Positions 17,710-26,890 of a stretch of 64,000 bases of DNA are shown here, in pieces. The position numbers were made by a program, and so were the translations under genes. A model generated the notes under the pieces. It was not told the DNA's origin. It saw only the letters and a list, made by a program, of their open reading frames with translations, and did no database searches. The stretch's first letter is position 1, and every line of letters starts with the position of its first letter. Source of the stretch: Clostridia bacterium DTU065 (GTDB taxonomy: Bacteria; Bacillota; DTU065); assembly GCA_001512545.1 (NCBI GenBank), contig LFSI01000087.1:22242-86241 (forward strand). The letters are read 5' to 3'.

Positions 17710-19296
17710 TCACAATCTTACGTCTGTCACTTTTTTCACGCCGTCGATCTCTGCGATCTTGGTTAAAGCCTCTTTGGACGGCGTCGAGTCTACAGAAAGA
17801 AGCATGACGGCTTCCTGGCCGAGGGCTTTTCTGCCTACATCCATGGCTCCGATGTTCACGTTGTGGTCGCCAAGGATCATACCCACTCTGCCGATGATAC
17901 CCGGTTGATCGGTGTGGGGAACGACCAGGATGTTCCCTCCAAGCTCTATATCCACCCTGAAGCCGTCGAAGTTGAGAAGCCGCGGCCCGAGTCCTTTGAT
18001 GGACGTTCCGCCTAGTGAGTGCTCCTCCTGTCCCCTGCTTCTGATGGTAATCAAGTCGCCTGCACCGTTTGCGGGCATCTCCTTAGTGGCTTTGATCTTA
18101 ATACCACGGTCTTTGGCTTCCATCATGGCATTTACCAAAGTTACCGGATGTTCCAAGCCCACTGCTAGGAGTCCTTTCACCACAGAAGCTGTGAGAAGGC
18201 TGGTATCTACATCAAAGGCTTTGCCTCTGTAGATGACCTCCACTTCCTGGATGCTTCCGGCAAAGAGCTGGCCGAACATCTGCCCGAGCCGCTCTGCTGT
18301 TTCGATAAACGGCGACACCTTGTGGAAGACATCAGGCGGAACTGCTGGGAGGTTCACCGCATTGGCCACGGTTTTGCCATTCAAAAAGCTCACAACATCT
18401 TCTGCCACATCGATTGCCACGTTAATCTGGGCTTCTACTGTAGAAGCGCCTAAGTGAGGTGTGGCGATCACGTTCTCCAGTTGGAACAGCGGAGAATCGG
18501 TACATGGCTCTTTTTCAAACACGTCGATGGCAGCACCGGCGATTTTCTCTTCTTTAATGGCCTCATAAAGCGCTGCTTCATCAATGATGCCGCCGCGGGC
18601 AACGTTGATGATGTAAGCGCTCTTTTTCATGAGGGCTAGTTCTTTTGCAGACACCATGTGCTTAGTCTGCTCGTTGAGGGGCAAGTGGAAGGTGATAAAA
18701 TCAGCGTTTCGGTAGAGATCGTCCAGAGCAACCAATTCTATACCGAGACTTTCAGTCTGGTCTTTGGTCACCAAAGGATCAAAGCCGATAACCTTCATGG
18801 AAAGCCCCTGAGCTATTGCAGCCACAGTCCTGCCGATCTTGCCCAATCCGACGATGCCCAGAGTCTTTTTCCGCACTTCCACGCCCATGTATTTCTTGCG
18901 ATCCCACTTACCCTGCTTCAAAGAAGCATGAGCTTGGGGGAGATGCCTTGCCAGCGCTAGAAGGTGAGCCACGGTCAGTTCTGCTGCAGCAAAAGTGTTT
19001 CCCGAAGGAGAGTTGACCACAACAATGCCTCTTTTGGTTGCAGCGGGAATATCGACGTTGTCGACGCCAACTCCGGCTCTACCGACAATCTTTAGCCGGG
19101 CTCCGCTTTCGATGACTCTGGCAGTAACCTGGGTACCACTCCTTACTACCAGAGCGTCGAAGTCTTTGATCAAGTCGCACAGCTCATCTTCGCTAAGACC
19201 TGTATTTACCACGACCTCAAATCCTGCATCCTTCAGGATCTGGATGCCTTCTTGGGCCACAGGATCGGAGATCAAAACTCGCATTTGGTCGGCCAT
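17710..19296 (-). CDS. serA: D-3-phosphoglycerate dehydrogenase with C-terminal ACT domain
   Basis: Full-length SerA similarity: NAD-binding GIVGLGKIGR, catalytic region, and the ACT domain at the C-terminus. Confidence 0.93.
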   Translation of the reverse strand: MADQMRVLISDPVAQEGIQILKDAGFEVVVNTGLSEDELCDLIKDFDALVVRSGTQVTARVIESGARLKIVGRAGVGVDNVDIPAATKRGIVVVNSPSGNTFAAAELTVAHLLALARHLPQAHASLKQGKWDRKKYMGVEVRKKTLGIVGLGKIGRTVAAIAQGLSMKVIGFDPLVTKDQTESLGIELVALDDLYRNADFITFHLPLNEQTKHMVSAKELALMKKSAYIINVARGGIIDEAALYEAIKEEKIAGAAIDVFEKEPCTDSPLFQLENVIATPHLGASTVEAQINVAIDVAEDVVSFLNGKTVANAVNLPAVPPDVFHKVSPFIETAERLGQMFGQLFAGSIQEVEVIYRGKAFDVDTSLLTASVVKGLLAVGLEHPVTLVNAMMEAKDRGIKIKATKEMPANGAGDLITIRSRGQEEHSLGGTSIKGLGPRLLNFDGFRVDIELGGNILVVPHTDQPGIIGRVGMILGDHNVNIGAMDVGRKALGQEAVMLLSVDSTPSKEALTKIAEIDGVKKVTDVRL

Positions 19297-20444
19297 CAGT
19301 TCATGCCCCCTTCAGCAAAGACCTTAAGGGCAGCAGCTACTCCTCTGCCGAGCTCCACTTGGTATCCTGCTTCCTGCAGGCTGAGCTCAAGGGCACCGAT
19401 CACGGCGATCAGGTCGCCAAAGTCCATGTAGCCCATATGGCCGATGCGGATGATCTTGCCCTTGAGTCGATCCTGCCCGCCGGCAACTGAAAAGCCGTAC
19501 TTTTTCTTGAGGAGGCTCCGCACTGCTTCGGTATCCACATCGCCGAAAAACGCTGTGACCGTTGAAGAAGCGATCTCCTCGGTCTTGGGGAGGAGTTTGA
19601 GACCTAAAGCCTTTACAGCCTCTCTGCACGCTTTGGCCAGGAGATTGTGGCGCTTAAACACCGTCTCCAGTCCTTCTCCGAGAATCATGTCGCAAGCTGC
19701 ATCCAAAGCGTAAAACAGGGAGACGTTGGGGGTGTACGGCGTGCTCCATTTTTCTTGGGATTTTTTAGCCTTCTTCAGGCTCAAGTAGTAGTTAGTGGAG
19801 TTGTTTTGATTTATCACTTCAAGGGCTCTTGGGCTGATGGATACAAATGACAGTCCGGGCGGAAGCATGAAGGCTTTTTGCGAACCGCTGACCATTAGAT
19901 CCACTTTCCATTCATCGGTTCTGATATCCATGCCACCCATGCTGGAGACGGCATCTACCAGAAGGAGAGCCCCGTGCTTTGTACACAACTCGCCAAGGGA
20001 CTTGATGTCGTTGGTAACTCCAGTAGAAGTCTCGTTATGCGTAGCACACACCAGTTTAAATGCTTTTTCCTCCATGAGTTTTGCCACAGCGCCAAGGTCA
20101 TAGGTGTCTCCCCATTCGGACTCCATAACTGTTAGATCTGCGCCGTAGACCTTTGCCAGCTCGGCAAACCTTTCGCCAAACTTACCTGTCACGATGCACA
20201 AAACTGCATCGCCTGGGCTTACAACACTACTGACAGCCGCTTCCATAGCAGCGCTTCCCGAACCGGTGAGAATCACCACTTCATTTTCCGTTTGAAAGAT
20301 CTTCTTCAGCTTCTGGGCCACCTGTTCGTGAAACTTGGAAAAGTCGCCGCTCCTGTGACCGATGATCGGTCTGGTCATTGCAGCATTTACCTCTGGAGGC
20401 ACCTGGCTTGGGCCAGGAATTAGCAGTCGGTTTTTTACCAGCAT
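19296..20444 (-). CDS. serC: Class V aminotransferase, probable phosphoserine aminotransferase (SerC-type / AGXT family)
   Basis: PLP fold-type I class V pattern with the lysine region SGSQKAF. The start is reassigned to ATG at 20442-20444 (MLVKNRLLIPGP) with AAAGGAGAGG 6 nt upstream. 1-nt overlap with the serA start. Confidence 0.7.
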   Translation of the reverse strand: MLVKNRLLIPGPSQVPPEVNAAMTRPIIGHRSGDFSKFHEQVAQKLKKIFQTENEVVILTGSGSAAMEAAVSSVVSPGDAVLCIVTGKFGERFAELAKVYGADLTVMESEWGDTYDLGAVAKLMEEKAFKLVCATHNETSTGVTNDIKSLGELCTKHGALLLVDAVSSMGGMDIRTDEWKVDLMVSGSQKAFMLPPGLSFVSISPRALEVINQNNSTNYYLSLKKAKKSQEKWSTPYTPNVSLFYALDAACDMILGEGLETVFKRHNLLAKACREAVKALGLKLLPKTEEIASSTVTAFFGDVDTEAVRSLLKKKYGFSVAGGQDRLKGKIIRIGHMGYMDFGDLIAVIGALELSLQEAGYQVELGRGVAAALKVFAEGGMN

Positions 20445-20542
20445 TACTACCCTCTCCTTTTCTCTTCTCAAAGCTCTGCTATCTCGTCTCATTACGTGCG
20501 CGCTACGTTCCAAGACGGAAACTTATCTGGTTTTTTCGTATA

Positions 20543-20775
20543 AAAAAACTCCCGTCCCTGACATATAGTCAGGGACGAGAGGTATTCCCGCGTTGCCACC
20601 CTGATTGGCCGGATCAATTATCGATCCAACCCACTCATTTCGCTTTAACGGTGCGCTACCGGATGGGTTTGCCATCAGCTCTGCAGGCGGATTCCCTATG
20701 TGCCAGTTTCCACCAGCCACTGGCTCTCTAGAGGTATAGGTACTGCTCCTGCGTCATTGCATTTTCCTTGTTTAC
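20543..20775 (-). ncRNA. T-box riboswitch leader upstream of serC-serA
   Basis: The minus strand carries the T-box sequence ccAATCAGGGTGGCAACGCGGG (plus 20588-20609), immediately followed by terminator hairpin cgtccctgactatatgtcagggacg (20553-20577) and U7. A Stem-I AGAGA box lies near 20726-20735. The candidate specifier is GAAUCC (UCC, Ser), tentative. Confidence 0.75.
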
Positions 20776-20780
20776 GTTTG

Positions 20781-20809
20781 AGTCTACATAGATCGGGGCA
20801 AATTGGCAA
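20781..20809 (-). promoter_or_regulatory. Sigma-A-type promoter for the T-box/serCA transcript
   Basis: The minus strand reads TTGCCA-N17-TAGACT. Confidence 0.4.
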
Positions 20810-20895
20810 AACCGATATTTCCTCAAATATTGCGAGTTTCCGCCCTCTCTGTGAATTATCTAACGAATTCTTGGTATTTCTGGCAGAAATTGGCT

Positions 20896-21711
20896 CTAAA
20901 ACCGCTCTGCAGTTTTTTGGCGTCTGTCGAAGCGGATAAATTCTGTAAAGCCTGCTTCTTTTAAGATCGGTATCATGCGGTCAAAATCCCTGCCCACATC
21001 TTCTGGGTAGTGGGCATCAGAAGCTAGCGTGATGGGAATATCAAAACCCCTGATTACCTGGAGAATCTCTCTGGACGGATACATCTCTCCTACCGGCTTT
21101 CGCCACCCAGCGGTACTGGCTTCTAGGCAGACACCAGTTTTGGCGATCTCTCCGATCACCTCTGTAATGAAGTCCGAGAGGTCTTCTTCTGGATAGAAGC
21201 TGTAGATTTTGACCAAGTCCGGATGGGGTAAGCTGTCAAACAAGCCGCTTCTTGCCGCTTTGAGCAAAATCGCAAAATACTCCCGCCACACCTCACCTGG
21301 ATCGCTTCTCTCCCAGACTGGGATGTTTTCTTTCAGGTCGAAGCCGAAGTCTCCGATCCAGTGTACCGAGCCGAAAACGTAGTCGAACTGGTACTTTTCG
21401 AGAAAAGTGCGGATTTCGTCCTCGACCTCAGGAATGTAGTCCACCTCAATGCCGATTTTCACAGGCCAGCCCTTCTGCTTGGCGCGGGTAAGGAGCTCCA
21501 AATACTCGGAGACACTATCCACATTGCGCTCTCTAGCCCAAGGGTTGTCCAAAAGGTGTCTTGCTTCTTTGAACCTGTAGCAGTGCTCGGAAAAGCCGAT
21601 CTCAGAGATCCCCCGCTTTTCTGCAACTTTTAGAAACTGCTCGACATACTCAAGGGTTTTTGGTCCGTTTTCTAGGTGCATGTGATAATCCACAAGCAAC
21701 TCTCTCACCAC
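20896..21711 (-). CDS. PHP-domain histidinol-phosphatase family protein (HisJ/HisK-like)
   Basis: N-terminal DYHMH and PHP metal-binding pattern, about 271 aa. Confidence 0.65.
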   Translation of the reverse strand: MVRELLVDYHMHLENGPKTLEYVEQFLKVAEKRGISEIGFSEHCYRFKEARHLLDNPWARERNVDSVSEYLELLTRAKQKGWPVKIGIEVDYIPEVEDEIRTFLEKYQFDYVFGSVHWIGDFGFDLKENIPVWERSDPGEVWREYFAILLKAARSGLFDSLPHPDLVKIYSFYPEEDLSDFITEVIGEIAKTGVCLEASTAGWRKPVGEMYPSREILQVIRGFDIPITLASDAHYPEDVGRDFDRMIPILKEAGFTEFIRFDRRQKTAERF

Positions 21712-21718
21712 CGTTCAA

Positions 21719-23209
21719 CTAAAACTGGCTGACCACCTCGTAGATCTCGTCCCACCAATCGTACATGTCGACGTATACCAAATCAAACAGCATGAGGCCA
21801 TCGCTCTTTGTAAGGCAGACCTTCATTGCTTCTTTGAACACTTCGGGCTTATTTTGATACTGAAGAAGGTATAAGCCTCCATAGACGGGAGTTTTGCCTA
21901 GCACCTTTTCGTTGACAATATCGCAAGCGCCTTCCACCGAGTACCAAGGTTTGTACTCTAGAGACTGGCCTGCTTCGGTCCGCATACCAACTTTAGCCTT
22001 AATCTTGCCTTCCAAATCTGCCAGATAAACGTCTTCGTAGTAGTTTCCAGTTGTGAGGTAATCCAGAACTTCCGCGTAGCCTGTGGCTTCATATCCAGGC
22101 TTTGCCCAGTCATAACCGGTAGGTACGTACTCTTCGCTGGCCCAGTTGACGCCTAAAGCGTAGTACTCCGGGTACCACGAGCCGGCATAGTCGCCGAAGA
22201 CGATGTCGGGCCGAAGGGACTTAATGCGGTCTCTGGCCGTAATGAAAAAGTCTTTGATGCCTTTGGCGCGGAAGTAGTACCACTCTTTTGCGAGAGGACC
22301 GTCTTCCACCTTCTTCCTGCCGTTTTCGAAACTGAGCTTTATGATATCTTCAGGCCAATTTGCTACTTCTCTCCCCAGATACTTTTCAAAAAGCATTCTG
22401 GTGTTGTCGCTAAAATCGCACTGACCGTTGTGGTATCTGACGCGATCCAAAACGATTCCGTCCACTTGATAGTGGGATGCCACCTCTTCCATGAGGGCAA
22501 TCTCGTAGGCCTGTACCTTCGGAAGCAACGGGTTCACAAAAGCATGAGGTGCGTTGGCCCACTTGGTTATTGGGCGAATCTCTTTTTCCGCTTTGATCTT
22601 TGCTCCAACGCTGCCCTGCAAAATCTCTGCAGCGCTGCCGAAGCCGTACACCACATCGGTCTCTTTCAAAGAGACTTCCCCTGATGTGACAACTTCCACA
22701 ACTACCCCGTCTTTCACCAGCGCAGCTGCACCCTTTACCTTCAGTACGTCCATAAGATCCGACGTGATGTAGGCCAGCTGCCCGTCCTTCGGCATCTGGT
22801 TGTACCTTTCGATCTCTATCGAGCGGTCGTCTAACTCCAGATAGAGCGCTAGATCGTACATGTGCGTTGCCCAATCGTTTTCTTCCTGATAGGCCAACCC
22901 TCTGCCGCTTGCCCCTTCACAAAAAACGTTAAAAGACGCATGGACTTCCATGCCGTATCCTCTGGCTTCTGCGATCAACATGGCCAGGGGATCGTGGATT
23001 TGCCTGAACTCATGACCGGCTTTTTCATAAAACGGAGCGATCCGGCTGCGGTAGAGCACCGATCCATCTACGGGCTTAACGTCCAGCACCAGAGTGGTCA
23101 CTCCCGACTGCCTGGCTTTACCCACAAATCTCCTGATCTCTGCTCTGCTCCCCAATTTATCGTAGTTGGCAGACGCGTCAACCCATAATAAAACTCTTCT
23201 ATCTGGCAT
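21719..23209 (-). CDS. GHL10/DUF187 (YngK-like) TIM-barrel glycoside-hydrolase-like protein
   Basis: About 496 aa. Resembles the YngK family. No canonical signal peptide. Confidence 0.5.
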   Translation of the reverse strand: MPDRRVLLWVDASANYDKLGSRAEIRRFVGKARQSGVTTLVLDVKPVDGSVLYRSRIAPFYEKAGHEFRQIHDPLAMLIAEARGYGMEVHASFNVFCEGASGRGLAYQEENDWATHMYDLALYLELDDRSIEIERYNQMPKDGQLAYITSDLMDVLKVKGAAALVKDGVVVEVVTSGEVSLKETDVVYGFGSAAEILQGSVGAKIKAEKEIRPITKWANAPHAFVNPLLPKVQAYEIALMEEVASHYQVDGIVLDRVRYHNGQCDFSDNTRMLFEKYLGREVANWPEDIIKLSFENGRKKVEDGPLAKEWYYFRAKGIKDFFITARDRIKSLRPDIVFGDYAGSWYPEYYALGVNWASEEYVPTGYDWAKPGYEATGYAEVLDYLTTGNYYEDVYLADLEGKIKAKVGMRTEAGQSLEYKPWYSVEGACDIVNEKVLGKTPVYGGLYLLQYQNKPEVFKEAMKVCLTKSDGLMLFDLVYVDMYDWWDEIYEVVSQF

Positions 23210-23663
23210 TGTCCAACCTCCAGTTAGCTTGTTTTCGCAATTAATCTAAAGCCTGGCTTATCCAGATCCTAAAGAAAGACTGCCTGTCTATGCCTAAATC
23301 TGCCTTTCCCAGAACCCAGCGTATACTAACCAAGCACCGCTTTGTCTATTTGTCTTTACGACCGCTTCTTCAAATCTCCAGCGTTTAAACACCGCTCTAC
23401 GTGGTATATCTTATCTAGAGTTTGACCCCCTGCAGTCGAATTTAGATACATTATACCACCAAGTCCCAAAAACTCCCATAGTGGTTAAAAATATCTAGGA
23501 ATTATGTTAAAATTAGGTGAAGTGGGCCGAGCCCCTCTGGTTGTCCATCGGCGCTGTGGTGACCTTAAAACAGATCTCTGCCGGGATCGGAAGAAAGCTC
23601 ATTTGCTCTTCTCCCTTGAGCCTGGTTAGCCGATTTTTCGAGCACCTTTTACAGATAATAGAC

Positions 23664-23939
23664 TTATACAGAAGAACCAAGAATAATAAGCAGGGCTCCG
23701 ATAATGAGCGCTACAGCTTTGAGCGGAGAGATCTCTTTTAAGCTTGTCACTCCGATGATCAGGCTTCCCAGAAGCACCAAAGGCCCCAATACTCCCAGCA
23801 AAGCACTTAACTTCAGTATAGTTTTGGGACTGCGACTTCGATAAATCAACGCTGCACAGATGATTTCAACGGTCCCTGTAATCAAGCGGAAGAAGGCAAC
23901 GATTGTACTTTTTTTCACCAAAATCAGCACCTGAACCAC
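23664..23939 (-). CDS. Small hydrophobic protein (3 predicted TM helices), hypothetical
   Basis: An ORF with three hydrophobic stretches and a weak RBS. Sits alone in a 790-bp gap. Confidence 0.25.
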   Translation of the reverse strand: MVQVLILVKKSTIVAFFRLITGTVEIICAALIYRSRSPKTILKLSALLGVLGPLVLLGSLIIGVTSLKEISPLKAVALIIGALLIILGSSV

Positions 23940-23997
23940 CTCATGTCACAGCATATGATGTAGTGAGGTAATAAATGTTTGACAAGGAGGACGTTTT

Positions 23998-24591
23998 ATG
24001 AGTGTTTTAGTTCCAATGGTGGTTGAGCAAACTTCTCGTGGTGAACGTGCGTACGACATTTATTCAAGGCTTTTAGAGGACCGCATTATCTTTCTCGGCG
24101 GACCGATTAACGACTCTGTAGCAAACCTGGTAGTGGCTCAGATGCTCTTTTTGGAGAGCAAAGATCCTAAAGCCGACATCAGCCTCTATATCAACAGCCC
24201 AGGAGGAGAGGTTTATTCGGGTCTGGCCATCTACGATACTATGCAGTACATCCGCTGCGACGTTTCGACTATCTGCGTCGGTCTTGCAGCTTCCATGGCT
24301 GCAGTACTTCTAGCTGCAGGTACAAAGGGCAAGCGTTTCGCCCTTCCCTACTCCAGAATCATGATCCACCAGCCTTTAGGCGGAGCTAGAGGCCAGGCTA
24401 CAGACATTGAGATCCATGCCCGCGAAATCCTCAGGGTCAGAGACTCTCTCAACAGCATTCTCTACAAGCATACCGGTCAGCCTCTCGAAGAGATCCAGAA
24501 AAACACAGAAAGAGACAACTTCATGAGCGCAGAGGAAGCACTAAAATTCGGTCTTGTAGATGGAGTCATGACCGAAAGGCCGAAAGTATAA
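23998..24591 (+). CDS. clpP: ATP-dependent Clp protease proteolytic subunit
   Basis: Full-length ClpP similarity, including the catalytic Ser in GLAASMAA, His in IMIHQP, and Asp. Confidence 0.97.
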   Translation: MSVLVPMVVEQTSRGERAYDIYSRLLEDRIIFLGGPINDSVANLVVAQMLFLESKDPKADISLYINSPGGEVYSGLAIYDTMQYIRCDVSTICVGLAASMAAVLLAAGTKGKRFALPYSRIMIHQPLGGARGQATDIEIHAREILRVRDSLNSILYKHTGQPLEEIQKNTERDNFMSAEEALKFGLVDGVMTERPKV

Positions 24592-24602
24592 AGATGGGCT
24601 CT

Positions 24603-24632
24603 ACAGCGCCTCCGTGCGAGGCGCTGTTTTTA
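24603..24632 (+). terminator. clpP terminator
   Basis: acagcgcctc cgtgcg aggcgctgt followed by ttttt. Confidence 0.65.
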
Positions 24633-24670
24633 TGTACGCCGCACCAGAATGGGAATAGAAGGTGACTAGA

Positions 24671-25360
24671 ATGATAGGTATGGGAACGCTGATCAACTCG
24701 GCAGCCATTGTGCTTGGCGGACTTGCCGGCCTTGTGCTTGGGGCAAGACTGCAAGAAAAGACTTCGGAAACCGTCATGCAGGCACTGGCTCTGGTGACGA
24801 TTTTTCTCGGTATAGAAACGGCATTTAAAGGCGAAAACATGGTAGCCATTCTCTTGGGACTGGTTGTGGGAGGAATGGTGGGAGAAGCCTTGCGGCTGGA
24901 AACCCATCTGGAAAACTTAGGCAAGTACGTAGAAGGTAAGCTTAAAGCCGGAAAAGGCAACTTTGCCGCAGGTTTTGTTACAGCGACCATTCTCTATGTA
25001 GTAGGGCCTATGGCCATTCTCGGCTCCATAGAAGACGGCATCGGCTTTGGCTACAAAATCCTCCTAACCAAATCTGCCCTCGACGGTCTGTCCTCCATAG
25101 CCTTCGGAGCATCCCTGGGGATAGGCGTGCCCTTTGCTGCAGTACCGGTTTTCATCTACCAGGGTGCAATAACCCTTATCGCTAGCTTCTTCGGAGACGT
25201 AGCTTCTGCAAGCGTCATTGCTGCAGTTTCGGGATGCGGTGGGCTGCTGATCCTGGCGATAGGGCTGAACATGCTGAAGCTGACAAAAATCCGGGTCACC
25301 AATCTCCTCCCGGGCATCGTGTTTGCACCGATCTTTACCTGGCTTTTAGGACTATTGTAA
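24671..25360 (+). CDS. DUF554 (YqgA-like) membrane protein
   Basis: About 230 aa, polytopic. The start is reassigned to ATG at 24671 (MIGMGTLIN) with GAAGGTG upstream. Confidence 0.7.
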   Translation: MIGMGTLINSAAIVLGGLAGLVLGARLQEKTSETVMQALALVTIFLGIETAFKGENMVAILLGLVVGGMVGEALRLETHLENLGKYVEGKLKAGKGNFAAGFVTATILYVVGPMAILGSIEDGIGFGYKILLTKSALDGLSSIAFGASLGIGVPFAAVPVFIYQGAITLIASFFGDVASASVIAAVSGCGGLLILAIGLNMLKLTKIRVTNLLPGIVFAPIFTWLLGLL

Positions 25361-25415
25361 GAGGCAACGGATTCCAAGATTTGGGCGTCAAAAGTAACGG
25401 ATCCGTTTCCCTCAT

Positions 25416-25452
25416 AAAAAAGGAGCAGTCGCTTTTGAACTGCTCCTTTTTT
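25416..25452. terminator. Bidirectional terminator between DUF554 and metQ
   Basis: aaaaaggagcagtcgcttttgaactgctcctttttt. Confidence 0.65.
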
Positions 25453-25489
25453 GTCACAGCCGTGTCAAGGCATCAGCTTCGCACAGCTT

Positions 25490-26287
25490 TTATTGTGGGA
25501 CAGTGAAACCTAGAACCAGAGAGCCTTTGTACTTCTCCTCTACGTAGTCGGCAACTTCTTTGGAATGATAAGCCTTCACCAGCTCTTGAAGGAGAGGATC
25601 GTTTAGGCGCTCCCGCTTTACGGCCAATATGTTTACATACGCCGAGTCTTTGTCTTCGGTGTAGATGGGATCGTTAACAGGATCCAAACCGGCAGAGACT
25701 GCGTAAGTAGTGTTGATAGCAGCTGCATCCACATCAGGTAGAGCTCTGGGGATCTGTGCTGCTTCCAACTCTCTGAACTGAAGGTTTTTCGGGTTATCGA
25801 TAATATCGAAAACCGTAGCTTGGATACCAACTCCCGACTTCAGCTTGATCAAGCCGGCTTTTTCCAGAAGCATCAAGACCCTGCCCGCGTTGGTTGGATC
25901 GTTGGGAATGGCAATGATGGCCTTGTCCTTTAGTTCGCTTAAGGATTTTACCTTCTGCGAATAGATGCTGATGGGGAAAACAATGGTCGGTGCAAGCTTC
26001 ACTAGGTCGGTTTTTCTGTCTTTGTTGAACTGGAGGAGAAACGGTTCGTGCTGGTAGCTGTTAACATCGATGGAACCGTCGGCAAGAGCTAGATTGGGCG
26101 TGATGAAGTCGGCGAAGGATATGATCTCAAGTTCGATGCCCTTTTCTGCCAGTATTCCTTTTACAATCTCCATCAGCTCTTCGTGAGGTCCGGGGTTGAC
26201 GCCCACCTTGATCACGTCTTTGGCAAAAACGGTAGCTGTAAGGATCAAAACAGCGAAAACAACAACATACAACTTAGCTTTTTTCAT
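25490..26287 (-). CDS. metQ: MetQ/NlpA-family methionine-binding lipoprotein (ABC substrate-binding protein)
   Basis: Signal peptide followed by NlpA-family sequence. Preceded by a SAM-I riboswitch. No permease or ATPase genes are adjacent. Confidence 0.85.
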   Translation of the reverse strand: MKKAKLYVVVFAVLILTATVFAKDVIKVGVNPGPHEELMEIVKGILAEKGIELEIISFADFITPNLALADGSIDVNSYQHEPFLLQFNKDRKTDLVKLAPTIVFPISIYSQKVKSLSELKDKAIIAIPNDPTNAGRVLMLLEKAGLIKLKSGVGIQATVFDIIDNPKNLQFRELEAAQIPRALPDVDAAAINTTYAVSAGLDPVNDPIYTEDKDSAYVNILAVKRERLNDPLLQELVKAYHSKEVADYVEEKYKGSLVLGFTVPQ

Positions 26288-26327
26288 GTTTGTACCTCCA
26301 TTGGTGCTCTACGCTCTATCCAGGGTA

Positions 26328-26472
26328 GAAAAAAAGCTTCCTCAAGAGAGGAAGCAACGATGTCTACTCCCTCTTATCTTCCGAATTCCGAGAATTCGCA
26401 GGATTTGGCACCTTGCATTGCAGGTTGCCGGGCTTCATCGGGCCAGTCCCTCCGCCACTCTGGATAAGAGCC
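26328..26472 (-). ncRNA. SAM-I (S-box) riboswitch with intrinsic terminator controlling metQ
   Basis: The minus strand reads CTCTTATCCAGAGTGGCGGAGGGACTGGCCCGATGAAGCCCGGCAACC...GGTGCCAAATCCTGC...GAAGATAAGAG, which matches the S-box consensus. It is followed by terminator gcttcctctcttgaggaagc plus U7 (26328-26355), 40 nt before the metQ ATG. Confidence 0.9.
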
Positions 26473-26890
26473 TACAGCTAATTTGTTAACTGTAAATCTA
26501 TCACAATAAGCGGAGACTTGTCAAGATGTTTTTGCGAAAATGAAAAAAAACGCCCGCCTTCTCTACGACCTTCGGAATTGCCGCTAGGAAAGGATTTCAT
26601 TTTCAACAAAACCCTTTGCTTGGCTACTCTAAGACGACACCTAACCGGGTAAAAATGCATTGAGTTTCCCAGATAAAAAACCTGTGGTAAGCTTTTGTTG
26701 TAAACCTATTTCCCTATCACAAAAAACCTTGCAGACGGAAACTCTAAGCTATGCACCAGTCAGGGTTTCTGTAGCTTGAGGTGAAAAGAGCGATCTCTAG
26801 AACCCCTGCACAGGGGTGTTGTTATAGTTTTTTTCCAAAGGTAAACAGGTGGAGGTTGTAGAAAAAATAACAGAGACGAGGTGGTAAAAG

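Noticed and set aside
22410-22874. Antisense ORFs inside large genes (for example 22410-22874, 27647-28171, 28963-29580, 49332-50051, 58788-59267)
   Set aside because: They lie opposite strongly supported genes, have Arg/Cys/Gly-rich low-complexity translations, and have no RBS.
23960-23997. Possible CtsR operator upstream of clpP
   Set aside because: Only one degenerate heptad (TGTCAAA) is present. The direct repeat required for a CtsR box is absent.
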